From positions 8,820 through 72,819 of the IMG/VR virus record IMGVR_UViG_3300032038_000060: DNA of 64,000 nucleotides; one strand, 5' to 3'. The stretch comes from a virus. Lineage: Duplodnaviria; Caudoviricetes. Below the pieces are notes generated by a model. That model was not told the origin of the DNA. It saw only the letters and a list, made by a program, of their open reading frames with translations, and searched no databases. This document shows, one piece after another, positions 43,086-54,201 of this stretch (positions within the stretch are counted from its first letter, which is position 1; each line of letters opens with the position of its first letter). Position numbers and translations under genes: made by a program.

Positions 43086-46000
43086 TTATTGTTTGTAATA
43101 TCCAAACATTGTTCTGGATTCTCTGAATTTAACTATATTGTCGCTATCGACATATATATAGCCCATAGGAACAAGTTGACTGCCGTTATGCTTAACCATG
43201 CGTACATAAGAATTTTTATGAATGTCAAAAGTATCTTTGGAAAAGTCAAACCACGTACCAGAACCCCCGTAAGCATCCCCTATATGAATCTTTCTCCCAA
43301 TATTAGCACTTTGAATTGTTCCAGACTCGAAGTAACAAAAATCCCCTCTTATGTCACCATTAAAATCGCCATAAGCGTTGTTAAGCGCGGTTTTTCCGTT
43401 GTCACCATTGACAGCGAAGTTGGGCAAGAAATAACATGTATTTAATTTAAACCAAGCAACGTAGCAACTATTTGCATCATTGGATTTGTCAAATCTTATT
43501 CTATATTCTCCCTCATCCCTTACTGCGAACTGGCAAGACGCTCGTTGATAACCTTGTGTGTCCGGTGAAAATATTGTGGTTAATTCTACAGGGTAGTCAA
43601 CATCGTCTGGGGCAATTACTTTGCATAAATTCACTTTTGCACAATCCTTGCACCTTGCAGTAATTGTAAGTATGGTGTTAGCAGGTAGTGTTATAGGTGG
43701 GAAATCTTCCGAATCCTCTCCGTATGGAAAATATATAGGCTGTGTACGAAGAGTTTCATCATCTATTAAAGATTCTCCGCTTATGCTTGGATTGTCGTTT
43801 ATAAACGTTAGGATGGGGGCGTTATTTATTTTGTCTGCATACCCCGTTAGACCTTCCCAGTAGCACAAATCGTAGTTAATGGTAGAATCAACATCGGCAG
43901 ATTCCCCCTTCCATTGTCCCGACTTGGAAAACAACCAAGGGTCGTTTATAATAAATGCCCCAAAATTAGCAAATTTACCAAATATAGCTTCGGTAATAAG
44001 GTACTTGAACTTGCTCTGCATTTGTTCCCAATTAGGATTTGATGTGCTCGGCGTTCCCATATCGTGCATGGAAATGGAATCATTCACATCTCCTACAGGG
44101 TTGTAAACGTAATACTCTCCCAAATACTCAAAATATGGGGCTACCGAATCATTGACAAGATAAGCAAAAGAATCATTTTCCCACGGCTGTGCGTAATAGT
44201 ATGAGCGGCCACGCTTACCGCGAGAGCCAGGCGCTCCGTCTGTTCCATAAACCCCTTTCGGAATGTTAGCGTCGGCCACCTGCTTACCGTCTATTTTCAA
44301 AATAGCAAGGAAAGTTTTCTCACCGTTCCATGCGCGACCATTACGATTGTTTGTGGAGAAGGCTCCATTGTTAATAGTAATAATGTCTGGATTAGGATCG
44401 ATTCTCTCTCGATTGCCATTTTCTAACACAAAGTATAGTTCCAGCATTTCCATAGTTAGCCCCGTAAACACCGTGGTATTACCTCCGTCAGCCTTATAGA
44501 CAATGCCTCGGATGTCAACAATATTTCTTGCCGTATTCGGGTTATATGCAAAGGTGCTGTCGGTGAACTCTATCTTATATACCACAGCATTGTCGCCCTT
44601 GAAGCGGCCTTCATCTTGCCAGCCGTTGGCAGTGGCGCGATAGAGGTGGTTGTCTAACCTGCAGACAAACATTGTGCCGTCAGGATAATCGTTTTCGCCA
44701 TAACCCTTCCATACGTAGCCGCTGGAGCCATCAGTTTCGCAGACGGCAATTCTGTACTGACTACTGCTGTTATAGGAAAGGAGGTCTATCTTCCCCAGCA
44801 GGCTTGCCGATGCAGCAGGGCGATTATTGCCCTGGTCATCCTTGCTGTACAAGTAGTCGGCATATCCCCTTATGGCATCCATGCCTTTTTCGCCTGTCAG
44901 CCGGATATAACTTGTGCTACTTGCAGTACCGCTTCCATCCTTTTTCACAACCTTTGACCACAGGTATGGCTTGGCAGTAGTTACTTCTATAGGGCTGTCA
45001 CTCCATGTGGTAATATCGCTTGGTGCGGTCTCTGCGTTGGTTGTAGTCTTATATTGCGAAATGCCAAATGAGTAGTCTGTTTCACTTCCGTTCTCTCCGA
45101 CAATCTTCATGGCAGCACCCCATGTCGTACCATCTTCAGATGTGCGCATCCAGACATCGCCAGTCTGGAAAGGTGAATGCCAGTTGGAGCCGTCAGCACT
45201 ATACTGCGCAATGATGCTTGTTCCGTCGGTGCCGTCGGTGACAACAGGGATAGTCTCTTTGTCAACGAGTACTCCGCTCGTATTTGGCACATACAGCTCA
45301 TACACTATGCCGGTATTTACATCGGCAGGGTTAACAGGGCCGTTCATTCTGAGAACGCCGTCAACGTATGTCTTCAGCACAAAACCTGTTGTGACCGCTG
45401 TCCTGCTGTTGCCATCGGTTTTGATGACGGAGCAAGTGATGTTGCTGTTTGGTTCTGTGCCGCCGTTTTTCTTTTTGACAATCTCCGAAGCCGACGGGTT
45501 AAGGCTATACAATACGGCATTGGTTCCATCGGCTCCAGGTCGAACACCGTTAACAGTAAACGTCAGTTGCTTTGATTCGCCTCCTGCACTTGCATTGATA
45601 GTGAAGTGCTCGACATTATTAACACTTTCACCTTCGTCATTAAGGAATCTGAAGATAATGGTGGCTCTGTTGTTTTCATACGACACTTTAATTTTCAGGC
45701 TTGACATATCCCTACATTCAGCCCAAGTGCTGCCGCCATAGTAATCAGCGGTAAAGGTTTCTTCTGTATCCTCTCTGACAATAGATGTGATTGATAAACC
45801 TGTCATCAGGGTATTGCCTCTGAACATGCTCACATGGGTTTCTACATCCTGTTCACTAACAACAAAGCCTTCTTTGTCACATGCCACAGAATCCATTTCA
45901 TTGTCGATGTCGGCGAAGACAGGACTTGTTCCGTCCTTACCGTCTTCGCCTGTCATGCGGAAATATTTCGGTGTGCCTACGGTTTCGCTGCCGCCGGTGA

Positions 46001-49000
46001 AGGAATGCTTTACCTGCTTGCACCACAGGTAAGGCATAGCGTTCGTTGTTGGTACGGGTCCATCCTGCCACTGCTGATAGCCCAGATGAGACGATGGCGT
46101 TGAACCATCAACGCCTGTAAGCAGGTCACTGATGTTGAACGATGAATCTATATAGTCGCCGTTCTCACCATCACTGCCATTCTCACCATCCTTACCGTCC
46201 TCTCCGACAATCTTCTGCCATGCACTCCATGAGCCACCAGTAGTGCGGGTGCGCATATACTTATCTCCTGTCTGAAAAGTGGTATGTATATCTTGGGCAG
46301 ACGGGCTACTGTTGGGCGCATACTGTGCCTCTACGCTCGTTCCGTCTGTGCCCGCATAGCCTATCTGCTGGACATCGGTATAGGTGGTTGGTGGTGCGCC
46401 ATTTACCCATGTGATAATTTCATAGTTCCACAGGTATTGCCCCTGCCCTGGAGCGACAGGGCTGTTTCTCCAGCCAGTTCCACCCTCATGCTCACGGTCT
46501 GGGGGGGTGTCGTTGCTGTCAGTCACCTTATACTTGTTTACTATAGTATCAATACCACGGCCTGCTGCGCCGTCCTTCGTCCATATAGCGAGTATCTGTG
46601 GTGTAGTGCGCTCAACAGTAACACCGCTGCTGTATTCTACCTTCTCATAATTCCACAGATATTTATTGGCTTCATTCCATCGCTCGGCAGCAGGCTTGTC
46701 AGCAAGATTAGGATCGGTACTCCAGCCTTGTGCAGACTCCTGTCCGTCAGCAGGTGCTGTTTCACTGTGCTGCGCATCGCTGCCATCAAGATTGCTTGCC
46801 TTGTAATACTCCGTAACTCTAACAATGCTCCTACCATCCTTGCCGTCTTTGCCGTCTTTGAGGGTCAGGGCACCATTGGCTACATACGCTGCCAGTTCTA
46901 CAACGTCAGTATAGGCCCCAATGTTACGCATCCTTGTGTGGCCATTTCCTTTGCCGAGGTTCTTGTATCCTATGAACAGGAATGGATAGCGGCCTGCAGC
47001 GGTGTATGGCAAGTCGCTCATACCATAGCCTTGAAGGGCTGTGATAAGAGGATATGTGCCTGCTGTCACATCTGCCGGACGCTGCCAGCCAATAGCATCA
47101 AAGCTCACAAGACATACAAATACACTATCGTCAAGACTGTTAAGTCTCGCTATAAGGTCGGTTATGCCTGGATTCAACGCCTGCTGGCTGCCCACCGCTT
47201 CTCCGTAGGTGTCGTAATGTGCTTCTTCAACCTTTGCCAGTGTCTGCCTGTTAATAGTGACAAGGTTAAGTCCACGCTGATATAATGTGACAAGATTACT
47301 TCCACCGTTTACCTTTACTTCACATGGCTGAGTATCGGTCTCAGCAGAATTGATGTCACGCGCTGTACCCTTTAGGTATATGTATTGCGCGTTCTCGCCA
47401 TCCGTGCCGATGTATGATACGTTATAGTTGACAGAAGAACCAGCGCTTCCTGAGCCATCAGCCTTTTTGTAGTTTGTCGTTGCCTGACTCCACAGCCATT
47501 TGCCTGGAACAATTTGCGACTTGATATTATCGTAGTCAAACCATTGAGTAGGTCGAACGGCGTTGCTATCGCTTACAGCATACTTCATCACGGTAGCACC
47601 ATCGACGATAATATCCTGACCAGGCTGACCGTCATTAGGGTTACGCTCTGAGGAGTATAGGTTGGTCTTGCTGTTGTCGCTCCATGTGATGATGGTCTTC
47701 GTCCAGAAATATCTGCCTGCAGTCCATAGCGGCAATACCCTGTCTTTGCTCTCGTACCATTTACTGAGGTCAGCATCTCCTGTCGGGCTGCCGTCCTGAA
47801 TAGGCTGTACTGTGTCGATAGTTACAGCATAGCGATACTCTTCGCTTTGCTTTGTTATGCTTTCGCCATCCTTTGCCCACTTCGACCATAGTCCCAGTTT
47901 GCCGAAGCCACCCCATGTGCCGTTTATCCTTTGTATTACTGAGCAATAGCAGAATGGCATTTCCTCTGTCGGAGCCAATGGGTCGTCATCCCAACCGTCG
48001 CATTCCCACTCTTTTGTGGTGTCATTGAATGTTGCGCCGGACGGTTTAAGGCTGTCTCGTTCAGAATCGGTAAGTTCGTGGTTGAACAGTTTATACAGAT
48101 ATTGCACGCCGTCACCGTCAGCGCCCTGTACTCCCCAGTTGGTCCACAGCACAGGAGAAGAGAACGCGCCCCATTGCTGCCCAGATTCTTTGATACGGAT
48201 AGAGATGTACACATATTTCTCGCTGCTCGTTGCAGGCATAGCAGTGTCGCTCCAGTCGTCGGGCACCCAGTCATTCTTTGTCTTGTCGTTACTGCTGATG
48301 CGCTGGCCCTGATGCTCAGGGTCGGGAATTGTACCCGTATTGATGCTTGCAGGGACGGTTCCGCTAAACGGATAAGTATTCAGTCTCTTATAGATATACT
48401 CCCTGTCTTCCGCATCTGCGCCAGGCTCTCCCTTAATGCCACTGATACAGACCGGGCCGCTCCATGCATCGCGTGTATTGTCACCATGACGTATGCTGCT
48501 GCACATCCACAGCAGCCACTCGCCCGTAGAAGGACGGTCAGGAACGGTGCTGCTCCAATTGCCGAGAGGAGATACTTTGTCTGCACCGCTATGGTCGGTC
48601 TCTGCAGGGGCCGGTTCGTCGCTGTCGGTGGCTGTAGGCTTTGCTGGTGTAAGGCCCTCTTTGTACCACCTGTAGCAGTTGATAGGGGTGTCGCCTTTTG
48701 CGCCAAAACGTATATAGGTAATGGTACGGTTAGTGAGGATGATGTTATCGCCCTCTTCTTCTGGTTCTGGCTGCCATTCGCCTACTTGCAGCCATGTGTT
48801 TACCCCCTTGCCTGCAAGGAATGGGGCAGAAGGCAGAGTGCCGCTACCATTAGTTAGGTCGAGCTCTGTTGGATCATTGGTGTCATCTATCGGTTGGTAA
48901 TAGACGTGCAGGTCAATAGCCTTGATCTGTTCATTGGTTGGGTAAAAGATATTGCCGTCAGCATCTTTGGCCCTGACACGTACTGTCACGCCAGAGTCTG

Positions 49001-50054
49001 TGGAATACGTTTGCGTCTGCTCGTCGTATTCAATGGCTGGTACATATTCCCCCGTCTGAGGATTATACGTTACGGTTTCTGATGACACCTCCAGCTCGTA
49101 ACTCTCCACTGGCTCTGCCATTACAGAGAAGGTACTGGAGATGAGAGGTATGTATTGTGGCAGTTCCGAACCTTCAGTATAGTCAGGATTTTTCTCATAC
49201 GCCGTAAAGGTAAAGATAGCAGAGAACATTCCGTTAAAGTCATCACCCTGGCCGCGAGTGTGAGCAAGATATAAATCCGTTTCTGTCGTCCTGATGTCTG
49301 TATGCGCTGCATTCCAAGTGTTATCTGCATCGCTGCCGGTATTGCGGGTTATCTCCCAATGGTGGAAGTGTGTAATGTCTGTTCCCGTCCAACCTTCTAT
49401 AAGTTTTGCATTGACATGAAGCACCTGTTCCCAGCGCACATAGCGTACATCGGCAGTCCATTCCTCGCCGAGGATAGTGCCAAGCATATAATTCATGTCT
49501 ATCCTCAGCGGCAGGGCATCGGGGTTGAGAGCCCACTCAGAGTTCCACTGGTCAGTGCCAAGGATACCGGTATCGAGGTCAACGGCACGCTGGTTGGTAC
49601 TGTCTGCAGCGCTTACTTCGCCCAGCTTCACGTACCAGTATGTGTCGTTATCCACTACTCCGGGCTCGCTGCCTGGGACGCTTGGGTTATAGCTTATGCT
49701 GAGTCCGTCTTTGGTGATGTAACTGTACTTGTCGTACCACTCGTTGTTGTATTGCTGCTTGGGAGTGAATACGATGTAGCCGTCTCTGATGTCGGTCTTA
49801 GAGAGGCGGGCATAGATGGTGTGGGGCTTTGTGCTCGCATAGCTTTCTATGCTGTCGGCAAGACGGCGGTTCCTGCCATACAGTTGCCATACGCTATAGG
49901 TGCCGTTGGCAGTGCCTATCCCAAGACGGGGGCAATAGACCTTGATGTCTGTCACAGGTGCTATATATACTGCGAGGTCGTTATACGAGTTATTGGCATT
50001 GGGTGTAATCTCAATGCTCGATGGAGTAATGTAGTGAGTTGGTGAAGTGCGCAT
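43086..50054 (-). CDS. Large modular tail fibre/adhesin (2322 aa)
   Basis: Repeated GxDG collagen-like hinges, repeated YLW-containing modules, and an ILEI-like segment (RGLNLVTIN..YDTYG..VCLVSFDA..FLFIG). Confidence 0.8.
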   Translation of the reverse strand: MRTSPTHYITPSSIEITPNANNSYNDLAVYIAPVTDIKVYCPRLGIGTANGTYSVWQLYGRNRRLADSIESYASTKPHTIYARLSKTDIRDGYIVFTPKQQYNNEWYDKYSYITKDGLSISYNPSVPGSEPGVVDNDTYWYVKLGEVSAADSTNQRAVDLDTGILGTDQWNSEWALNPDALPLRIDMNYMLGTILGEEWTADVRYVRWEQVLHVNAKLIEGWTGTDITHFHHWEITRNTGSDADNTWNAAHTDIRTTETDLYLAHTRGQGDDFNGMFSAIFTFTAYEKNPDYTEGSELPQYIPLISSTFSVMAEPVESYELEVSSETVTYNPQTGEYVPAIEYDEQTQTYSTDSGVTVRVRAKDADGNIFYPTNEQIKAIDLHVYYQPIDDTNDPTELDLTNGSGTLPSAPFLAGKGVNTWLQVGEWQPEPEEEGDNIILTNRTITYIRFGAKGDTPINCYRWYKEGLTPAKPTATDSDEPAPAETDHSGADKVSPLGNWSSTVPDRPSTGEWLLWMCSSIRHGDNTRDAWSGPVCISGIKGEPGADAEDREYIYKRLNTYPFSGTVPASINTGTIPDPEHQGQRISSNDKTKNDWVPDDWSDTAMPATSSEKYVYISIRIKESGQQWGAFSSPVLWTNWGVQGADGDGVQYLYKLFNHELTDSERDSLKPSGATFNDTTKEWECDGWDDDPLAPTEEMPFCYCSVIQRINGTWGGFGKLGLWSKWAKDGESITKQSEEYRYAVTIDTVQPIQDGSPTGDADLSKWYESKDRVLPLWTAGRYFWTKTIITWSDNSKTNLYSSERNPNDGQPGQDIIVDGATVMKYAVSDSNAVRPTQWFDYDNIKSQIVPGKWLWSQATTNYKKADGSGSAGSSVNYNVSYIGTDGENAQYIYLKGTARDINSAETDTQPCEVKVNGGSNLVTLYQRGLNLVTINRQTLAKVEEAHYDTYGEAVGSQQALNPGITDLIARLNSLDDSVFVCLVSFDAIGWQRPADVTAGTYPLITALQGYGMSDLPYTAAGRYPFLFIGYKNLGKGNGHTRMRNIGAYTDVVELAAYVANGALTLKDGKDGKDGRSIVRVTEYYKASNLDGSDAQHSETAPADGQESAQGWSTDPNLADKPAAERWNEANKYLWNYEKVEYSSGVTVERTTPQILAIWTKDGAAGRGIDTIVNKYKVTDSNDTPPDREHEGGTGWRNSPVAPGQGQYLWNYEIITWVNGAPPTTYTDVQQIGYAGTDGTSVEAQYAPNSSPSAQDIHTTFQTGDKYMRTRTTGGSWSAWQKIVGEDGKDGENGSDGENGDYIDSSFNISDLLTGVDGSTPSSHLGYQQWQDGPVPTTNAMPYLWCKQVKHSFTGGSETVGTPKYFRMTGEDGKDGTSPVFADIDNEMDSVACDKEGFVVSEQDVETHVSMFRGNTLMTGLSITSIVREDTEETFTADYYGGSTWAECRDMSSLKIKVSYENNRATIIFRFLNDEGESVNNVEHFTINASAGGESKQLTFTVNGVRPGADGTNAVLYSLNPSASEIVKKKNGGTEPNSNITCSVIKTDGNSRTAVTTGFVLKTYVDGVLRMNGPVNPADVNTGIVYELYVPNTSGVLVDKETIPVVTDGTDGTSIIAQYSADGSNWHSPFQTGDVWMRTSEDGTTWGAAMKIVGENGSETDYSFGISQYKTTTNAETAPSDITTWSDSPIEVTTAKPYLWSKVVKKDGSGTASSTSYIRLTGEKGMDAIRGYADYLYSKDDQGNNRPAASASLLGKIDLLSYNSSSQYRIAVCETDGSSGYVWKGYGENDYPDGTMFVCRLDNHLYRATANGWQDEGRFKGDNAVVYKIEFTDSTFAYNPNTARNIVDIRGIVYKADGGNTTVFTGLTMEMLELYFVLENGNRERIDPNPDIITINNGAFSTNNRNGRAWNGEKTFLAILKIDGKQVADANIPKGVYGTDGAPGSRGKRGRSYYYAQPWENDSFAYLVNDSVAPYFEYLGEYYVYNPVGDVNDSISMHDMGTPSTSNPNWEQMQSKFKYLITEAIFGKFANFGAFIINDPWLFSKSGQWKGESADVDSTINYDLCYWEGLTGYADKINNAPILTFINDNPSISGESLIDDETLRTQPIYFPYGEDSEDFPPITLPANTILTITARCKDCAKVNLCKVIAPDDVDYPVELTTIFSPDTQGYQRASCQFAVRDEGEYRIRFDKSNDANSCYVAWFKLNTCYFLPNFAVNGDNGKTALNNAYGDFNGDIRGDFCYFESGTIQSANIGRKIHIGDAYGGSGTWFDFSKDTFDIHKNSYVRMVKHNGSQLVPMGYIYVDSDNIVKFRESRTMFGYYKQ

Positions 50055-50117
50055 GCTTCTGAAGTTAAGAATTAAGAGTGAAGAGTGAAGAATTATATTC
50101 TCCTATAAACTTAACCC

Positions 50118-50151
50118 CAAAATACGTTCGCGTCTCTTTAAAATCAAGGGC
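50118..50151 (-). promoter_or_regulatory. Putative phage late promoter (tail fibre)
   Basis: GCCCTTG-N20-TATTTTG. Confidence 0.75.
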
Positions 50152-50158
50152 AACTACT

Positions 50159-50192
50159 GCCCTTGCAAACGCGAGGTGCGCACACTATTTTG
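50159..50192 (+). promoter_or_regulatory. Putative phage late promoter (tail tip genes)
   Basis: GCCCTTG-N20-TATTTTG, back-to-back with 50118-50151. Confidence 0.75.
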
Positions 50193-50207
50193 CAGAATAA
50201 AAAACTT

Positions 50208-52799
50208 ATGGAAAATAATCTTGCTCTCGAAATATTTGACCTCGAAGGCACAGGCAGTCAGTTCGCCACTCTTGACGAGGGCGCAAGCATCAGCATCACC
50301 GACACCAGCGAGATATTCGCCAGCGGTGACGTATGGAGCTTCTCGTTTACGCTGAATGTCTTTGCCAATGCCCACATCTTCGGCACTACGGGAGATATAC
50401 ACGGAGGCCGTCTGCATGAGCAGATCGATCACCGCCGCGCCCGTCTGTGGGTAAAGGGTCTGCCAATATATCTGGGCTACCTGAAACTCGGTGACGAGGT
50501 GGACGTGAAGGAGAACGGTGATGTGTCTGTCAGTCTGGAGAGCGGCCACAAGACTTTCGACGATATGATTGAGGGCATGAGTGCTCAGGATGTCAGCGTA
50601 GGCGACGTGGTGATAGGCATTGCGCTGAACCGTAAGAGGACAATAAGTGCCCAAGCATCAGGTAAGATAACTTTTAGATCAATGTCTGTCAAAACAGATA
50701 ACAAGCATATTGTCGAAGAAGGATGGGCTGATTTTTCGGGTAGCATAGATTCAAGTTCTTATACTGCACGGTGGCCGAAACTGGTATTGTCAAAGGGCGT
50801 TGTTACAGATTCATCAGGTATGAGAGTTGAAATAAACCGCACCAACGTGGATCATCCTTACGATGCTGCCTACCCGTGCTGTAACATCAATGTGTGTTAT
50901 CAGAAAAAGGTTCTTAATGCAGATAAACAAGAAGAAAAAGTACGCGGTTATTATCTCCGTCTTGGAAGCGGATTAAACACAACGAATGGCGGCGACGTGG
51001 AGACACGCTATAATAATGCTCCTAACTTTTTCCTCCTTTACTGGCTTGACCGCCTATTCTTGGACAAAGGTATTCACGTAGAGGAAAACCAGATGATGAA
51101 TGTTGAAGGTCTGCGACGCGTGTTCCTTGCCAACCTCGGTTGCTTCTATGAAGAAATGGATACCGACAACGACAAGGACGAACTTGCACCTGGTACTCCT
51201 GAACGTGAACACTATGGAATGTATTCTTTTCCCAATAATTTTCTTATAAATGATGGTGAAATTTTTCCATACGATAGTGACGGTGGCTTAGTACGATTGG
51301 ATGAAATAAAAATGAATGGCCAGAGAACGCAAGAGGTATATGCCGAAGTTTCCATAGGGGATGTTTCTTATACATACAAATCACCTTTAACCGGTTACAA
51401 GGCTTATGCTACAGGAGAGAACTATCCCAAGGTTGATGCCTCGGAGATAATCAAGTCTGTAGAAGCGGCTTTTGGCGTGAGGTTTCTGTTCGACAAAGAC
51501 TATACAAAAGTGCGCATAATTCTTTTGCGTAATATCTTTCAAAACAAAGAGGTGCAGAACATAGAGTGCGAGGTGATAGAAGAGCAGAAAACGGAAAACA
51601 AGATAAGAGGTTTCGTGATGACATACGGCGGCAGCGATGATGACACCACCTATAACTACAGTGACTGGAGTCGTCTCGACACCTCCAAGACCTATCAGCA
51701 AATAAAGGATAGGTGTGTAACATCGTTTAACAAGACGTGTTACCTCACTCCTAACAATGGCAACGCCTACCGCATAAAGATTGACGAAGATGAAGCCGTT
51801 CTGTATCCAGTACTGATGGAAGTCGCAGGCTTTGCAGATGCTAAAGACGGTAACTGCGACGGAGAGGACGATACCATACAGACCGTCACCATACCCGCCA
51901 AACCACTTATCATGAACGACGTTGATGGCACATACGCAGTATTATTCAGCGGCGATATGAAAGTACCAGGTGAAGAAGTTCCTATAGCATGTCATACTTC
52001 AACAACAAGGTTTACTGTAAATTCTGGGATAGCCGTCTGGACTTATGCCGCTGGCAGGCAAGAAACAGAAAACAAATTGGATGAACTTTATAATATGCTA
52101 CATAATGCTTGGAGTGAACAGGTTGAAAAATATGCCAAATCAGAAATAGATAAACTCGAATTAACCATAAATCAAGAGTTTTATCGTATTGAAGCGAGCG
52201 GAGAAGTGTTTCTCAAAGAAGGCTACAAAGCCTCTCTTCAGGACAATTATAGTTTTGAGGGCAATGACGGTACTCCTTTTGACAAAGCGGAGATAGGACT
52301 ACAATTTGGCGTAATGCGTAGCAGCGGATTTGATTCCTTTATATACTACAATAATGACAACGAAGAAAATGAGGGTAATGACTATTGGGAGACTGTGCCC
52401 GGAAATAGTGTTGTTGACCATCCTGACACCTGTGACAACTACGGCAACAGTTGGGGTGTCAATCTCTCTCTAAAACTACGTGCGGAGAAGCAAAACCCGG
52501 ACTTCGACCCAAAGAAGCCGGAGAGTGCAAGCAATCCGCGCTTCGTAGCGGACATCACCAACCCGAATCTGCGGCGCAGGGGACTGATGGATCAGTTCTA
52601 TAAGGAATACTCTTACTGGATTCGTAATGCCCGCATCGTTACCAAGAAGGTGAACATGACGCTGGCGCAGCTGCTCTCCATCGACAAGACCAAGCGCATA
52701 CGCATCGGCGATGTGACGGGCTATGTCCGCAAGATACAATACACAGTCAGCAAAAAGACGGGCCTCGGACCCGTCACGCTGGAGATAATGTATATTTGA
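50208..52799 (+). CDS. Tail tip/hub-type structural protein
   Basis: Start at the ATG at 50208; WSFSFTL..NAHIFG..IYLGYLKL N-terminus and VRKIQYTVS C-terminus. Function from context. Confidence 0.6.
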   Translation: MENNLALEIFDLEGTGSQFATLDEGASISITDTSEIFASGDVWSFSFTLNVFANAHIFGTTGDIHGGRLHEQIDHRRARLWVKGLPIYLGYLKLGDEVDVKENGDVSVSLESGHKTFDDMIEGMSAQDVSVGDVVIGIALNRKRTISAQASGKITFRSMSVKTDNKHIVEEGWADFSGSIDSSSYTARWPKLVLSKGVVTDSSGMRVEINRTNVDHPYDAAYPCCNINVCYQKKVLNADKQEEKVRGYYLRLGSGLNTTNGGDVETRYNNAPNFFLLYWLDRLFLDKGIHVEENQMMNVEGLRRVFLANLGCFYEEMDTDNDKDELAPGTPEREHYGMYSFPNNFLINDGEIFPYDSDGGLVRLDEIKMNGQRTQEVYAEVSIGDVSYTYKSPLTGYKAYATGENYPKVDASEIIKSVEAAFGVRFLFDKDYTKVRIILLRNIFQNKEVQNIECEVIEEQKTENKIRGFVMTYGGSDDDTTYNYSDWSRLDTSKTYQQIKDRCVTSFNKTCYLTPNNGNAYRIKIDEDEAVLYPVLMEVAGFADAKDGNCDGEDDTIQTVTIPAKPLIMNDVDGTYAVLFSGDMKVPGEEVPIACHTSTTRFTVNSGIAVWTYAAGRQETENKLDELYNMLHNAWSEQVEKYAKSEIDKLELTINQEFYRIEASGEVFLKEGYKASLQDNYSFEGNDGTPFDKAEIGLQFGVMRSSGFDSFIYYNNDNEENEGNDYWETVPGNSVVDHPDTCDNYGNSWGVNLSLKLRAEKQNPDFDPKKPESASNPRFVADITNPNLRRRGLMDQFYKEYSYWIRNARIVTKKVNMTLAQLLSIDKTKRIRIGDVTGYVRKIQYTVSKKTGLGPVTLEIMYI

Positions 52800-52949
52800 T
52801 GGATGAAAGGGGAATGGTGATATGGAGGAAGGAAGAAGGACGAAGGAATAAGGTTTATTTGTGGGGATGTTGGTATTAAACTTTCACCCTTCATCCATAA
52901 ACCTTTTACCCCAAAACAATATTTAATTTTCAATGTTCAATGATTTAAG

Positions 52950-54152
52950 ATGGCAAACGTAGTAACAGTTTCGGGAATGTTCGGCAAGGGTCACACCTAT
53001 TTCGCCGACGCACCGGTAGTGATAGATATCAGTGGACTGTACTGGGGCGACCCTGTCAGTAGTCCGTTTACGGTAGTCCGCGTAGAGGTGGTATGGCTGA
53101 AGGACACAGGCGGTCAGGAGCCAGAGAAGATAACGGTGGGTGACTTCCGTGCCGACACGGGCGGACAGACCTCCATCAGCTTCGACATATCGTCGGCGCT
53201 GCATACCATCTGGAGCGGATATGACTTCAGCAAGGAGGTGGCTGCAGCACAGGAGGCGGCAGACGCAAACGACTATGCCGGACACGTGGCAACAGAGGGA
53301 GGCGACATCGGCAGCGAGGGTTACAGAAAGTACCGTGCCTATATCCTGCGTATATGGACAGAATACCTGGCAAGCGACGGGAATTTCGTACAGACGCAGT
53401 GTGAGGACTCTCTCGGTAATACCGACATCCCCGGAGGTCAGTGTTTGATAGGCGGACTGACAGAGTGGGAGAGGAGTATGGTTATAGAGGCTAAGCATGA
53501 CAAGAAGTATGCCGACGCCTCTTATTGGGAACACAAAGGCCCTCGTAACGGTGATGCCAGCACCAAGCCGACAAGCTCTCCGGAACGGGTGGGGAGCAAC
53601 AGCATAACGTCATGGGCTGACGTAGCAAAAGAGGGTACAAAGAGCATCTTCTATCCGGCTGGAGTATTCCCTGCCCCAGACGATCCGGAAAACAGTCTGA
53701 ACCCTCGCTACTACAAGGGTCATGCGCCACTCGTGCTGCGCGACAGCCAGCCGTATATAGACTTCCTGTTCGTCAACCGACGTGGAGCAGTAGAGACATG
53801 TAGCGCACTGATGAAGGAGGCATTGAGCATTACTGCCGAGACAACAGAGTATTCCCGTGTGGAGCGGCCTACGTTCAAGCCGTCACGCTCGCTGATGACA
53901 ATATCGGCAGGCGGCAGGAGGAGTTGGAGTATGTCATCAGGCAAGCAGACACGCGAATGGTTGGAGTGGTGGACAATAGAGTTTCTGCCTGCTCGTCAGA
54001 AGTGGATGCTCTACAGGGGCCCGGGCGCTGACAAGGCTATGTTCGTACCTGTAACGGTTACGCCTGCAAAAAAAAGTGTCAGCATCTATGACCGGAGCAA
54101 ACAGCAATTAGAGAGTGTAGAGTTCACCGTCACCCTTGGACTGGAAGGATGA
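52950..54152 (+). CDS. Probable distal tail/baseplate protein
   Basis: FLFVNRRGAVET..MSSG..W..EFL..VPVTVT..VEFTVTL pattern. Confidence 0.5.
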   Translation: MANVVTVSGMFGKGHTYFADAPVVIDISGLYWGDPVSSPFTVVRVEVVWLKDTGGQEPEKITVGDFRADTGGQTSISFDISSALHTIWSGYDFSKEVAAAQEAADANDYAGHVATEGGDIGSEGYRKYRAYILRIWTEYLASDGNFVQTQCEDSLGNTDIPGGQCLIGGLTEWERSMVIEAKHDKKYADASYWEHKGPRNGDASTKPTSSPERVGSNSITSWADVAKEGTKSIFYPAGVFPAPDDPENSLNPRYYKGHAPLVLRDSQPYIDFLFVNRRGAVETCSALMKEALSITAETTEYSRVERPTFKPSRSLMTISAGGRRSWSMSSGKQTREWLEWWTIEFLPARQKWMLYRGPGADKAMFVPVTVTPAKKSVSIYDRSKQQLESVEFTVTLGLEG

Positions 54153-54201
54153 AACGATTTTTAATTCATAATTCACAATTCATAATTCATAATTATCTTT
54201 T

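Noticed and set aside
43086-43500. Possible second DGR target at the tail-fibre C-terminus
   Set aside because: No similarity to the TR. I found no second VR anywhere by eye, but a BLASTn self-comparison would be needed to be sure.
44595-44628. GCCCTTG inside the tail-fibre gene
   Set aside because: Not followed by TATWTTG at 20 nt, and antisense within a CDS. Treated as a chance match.
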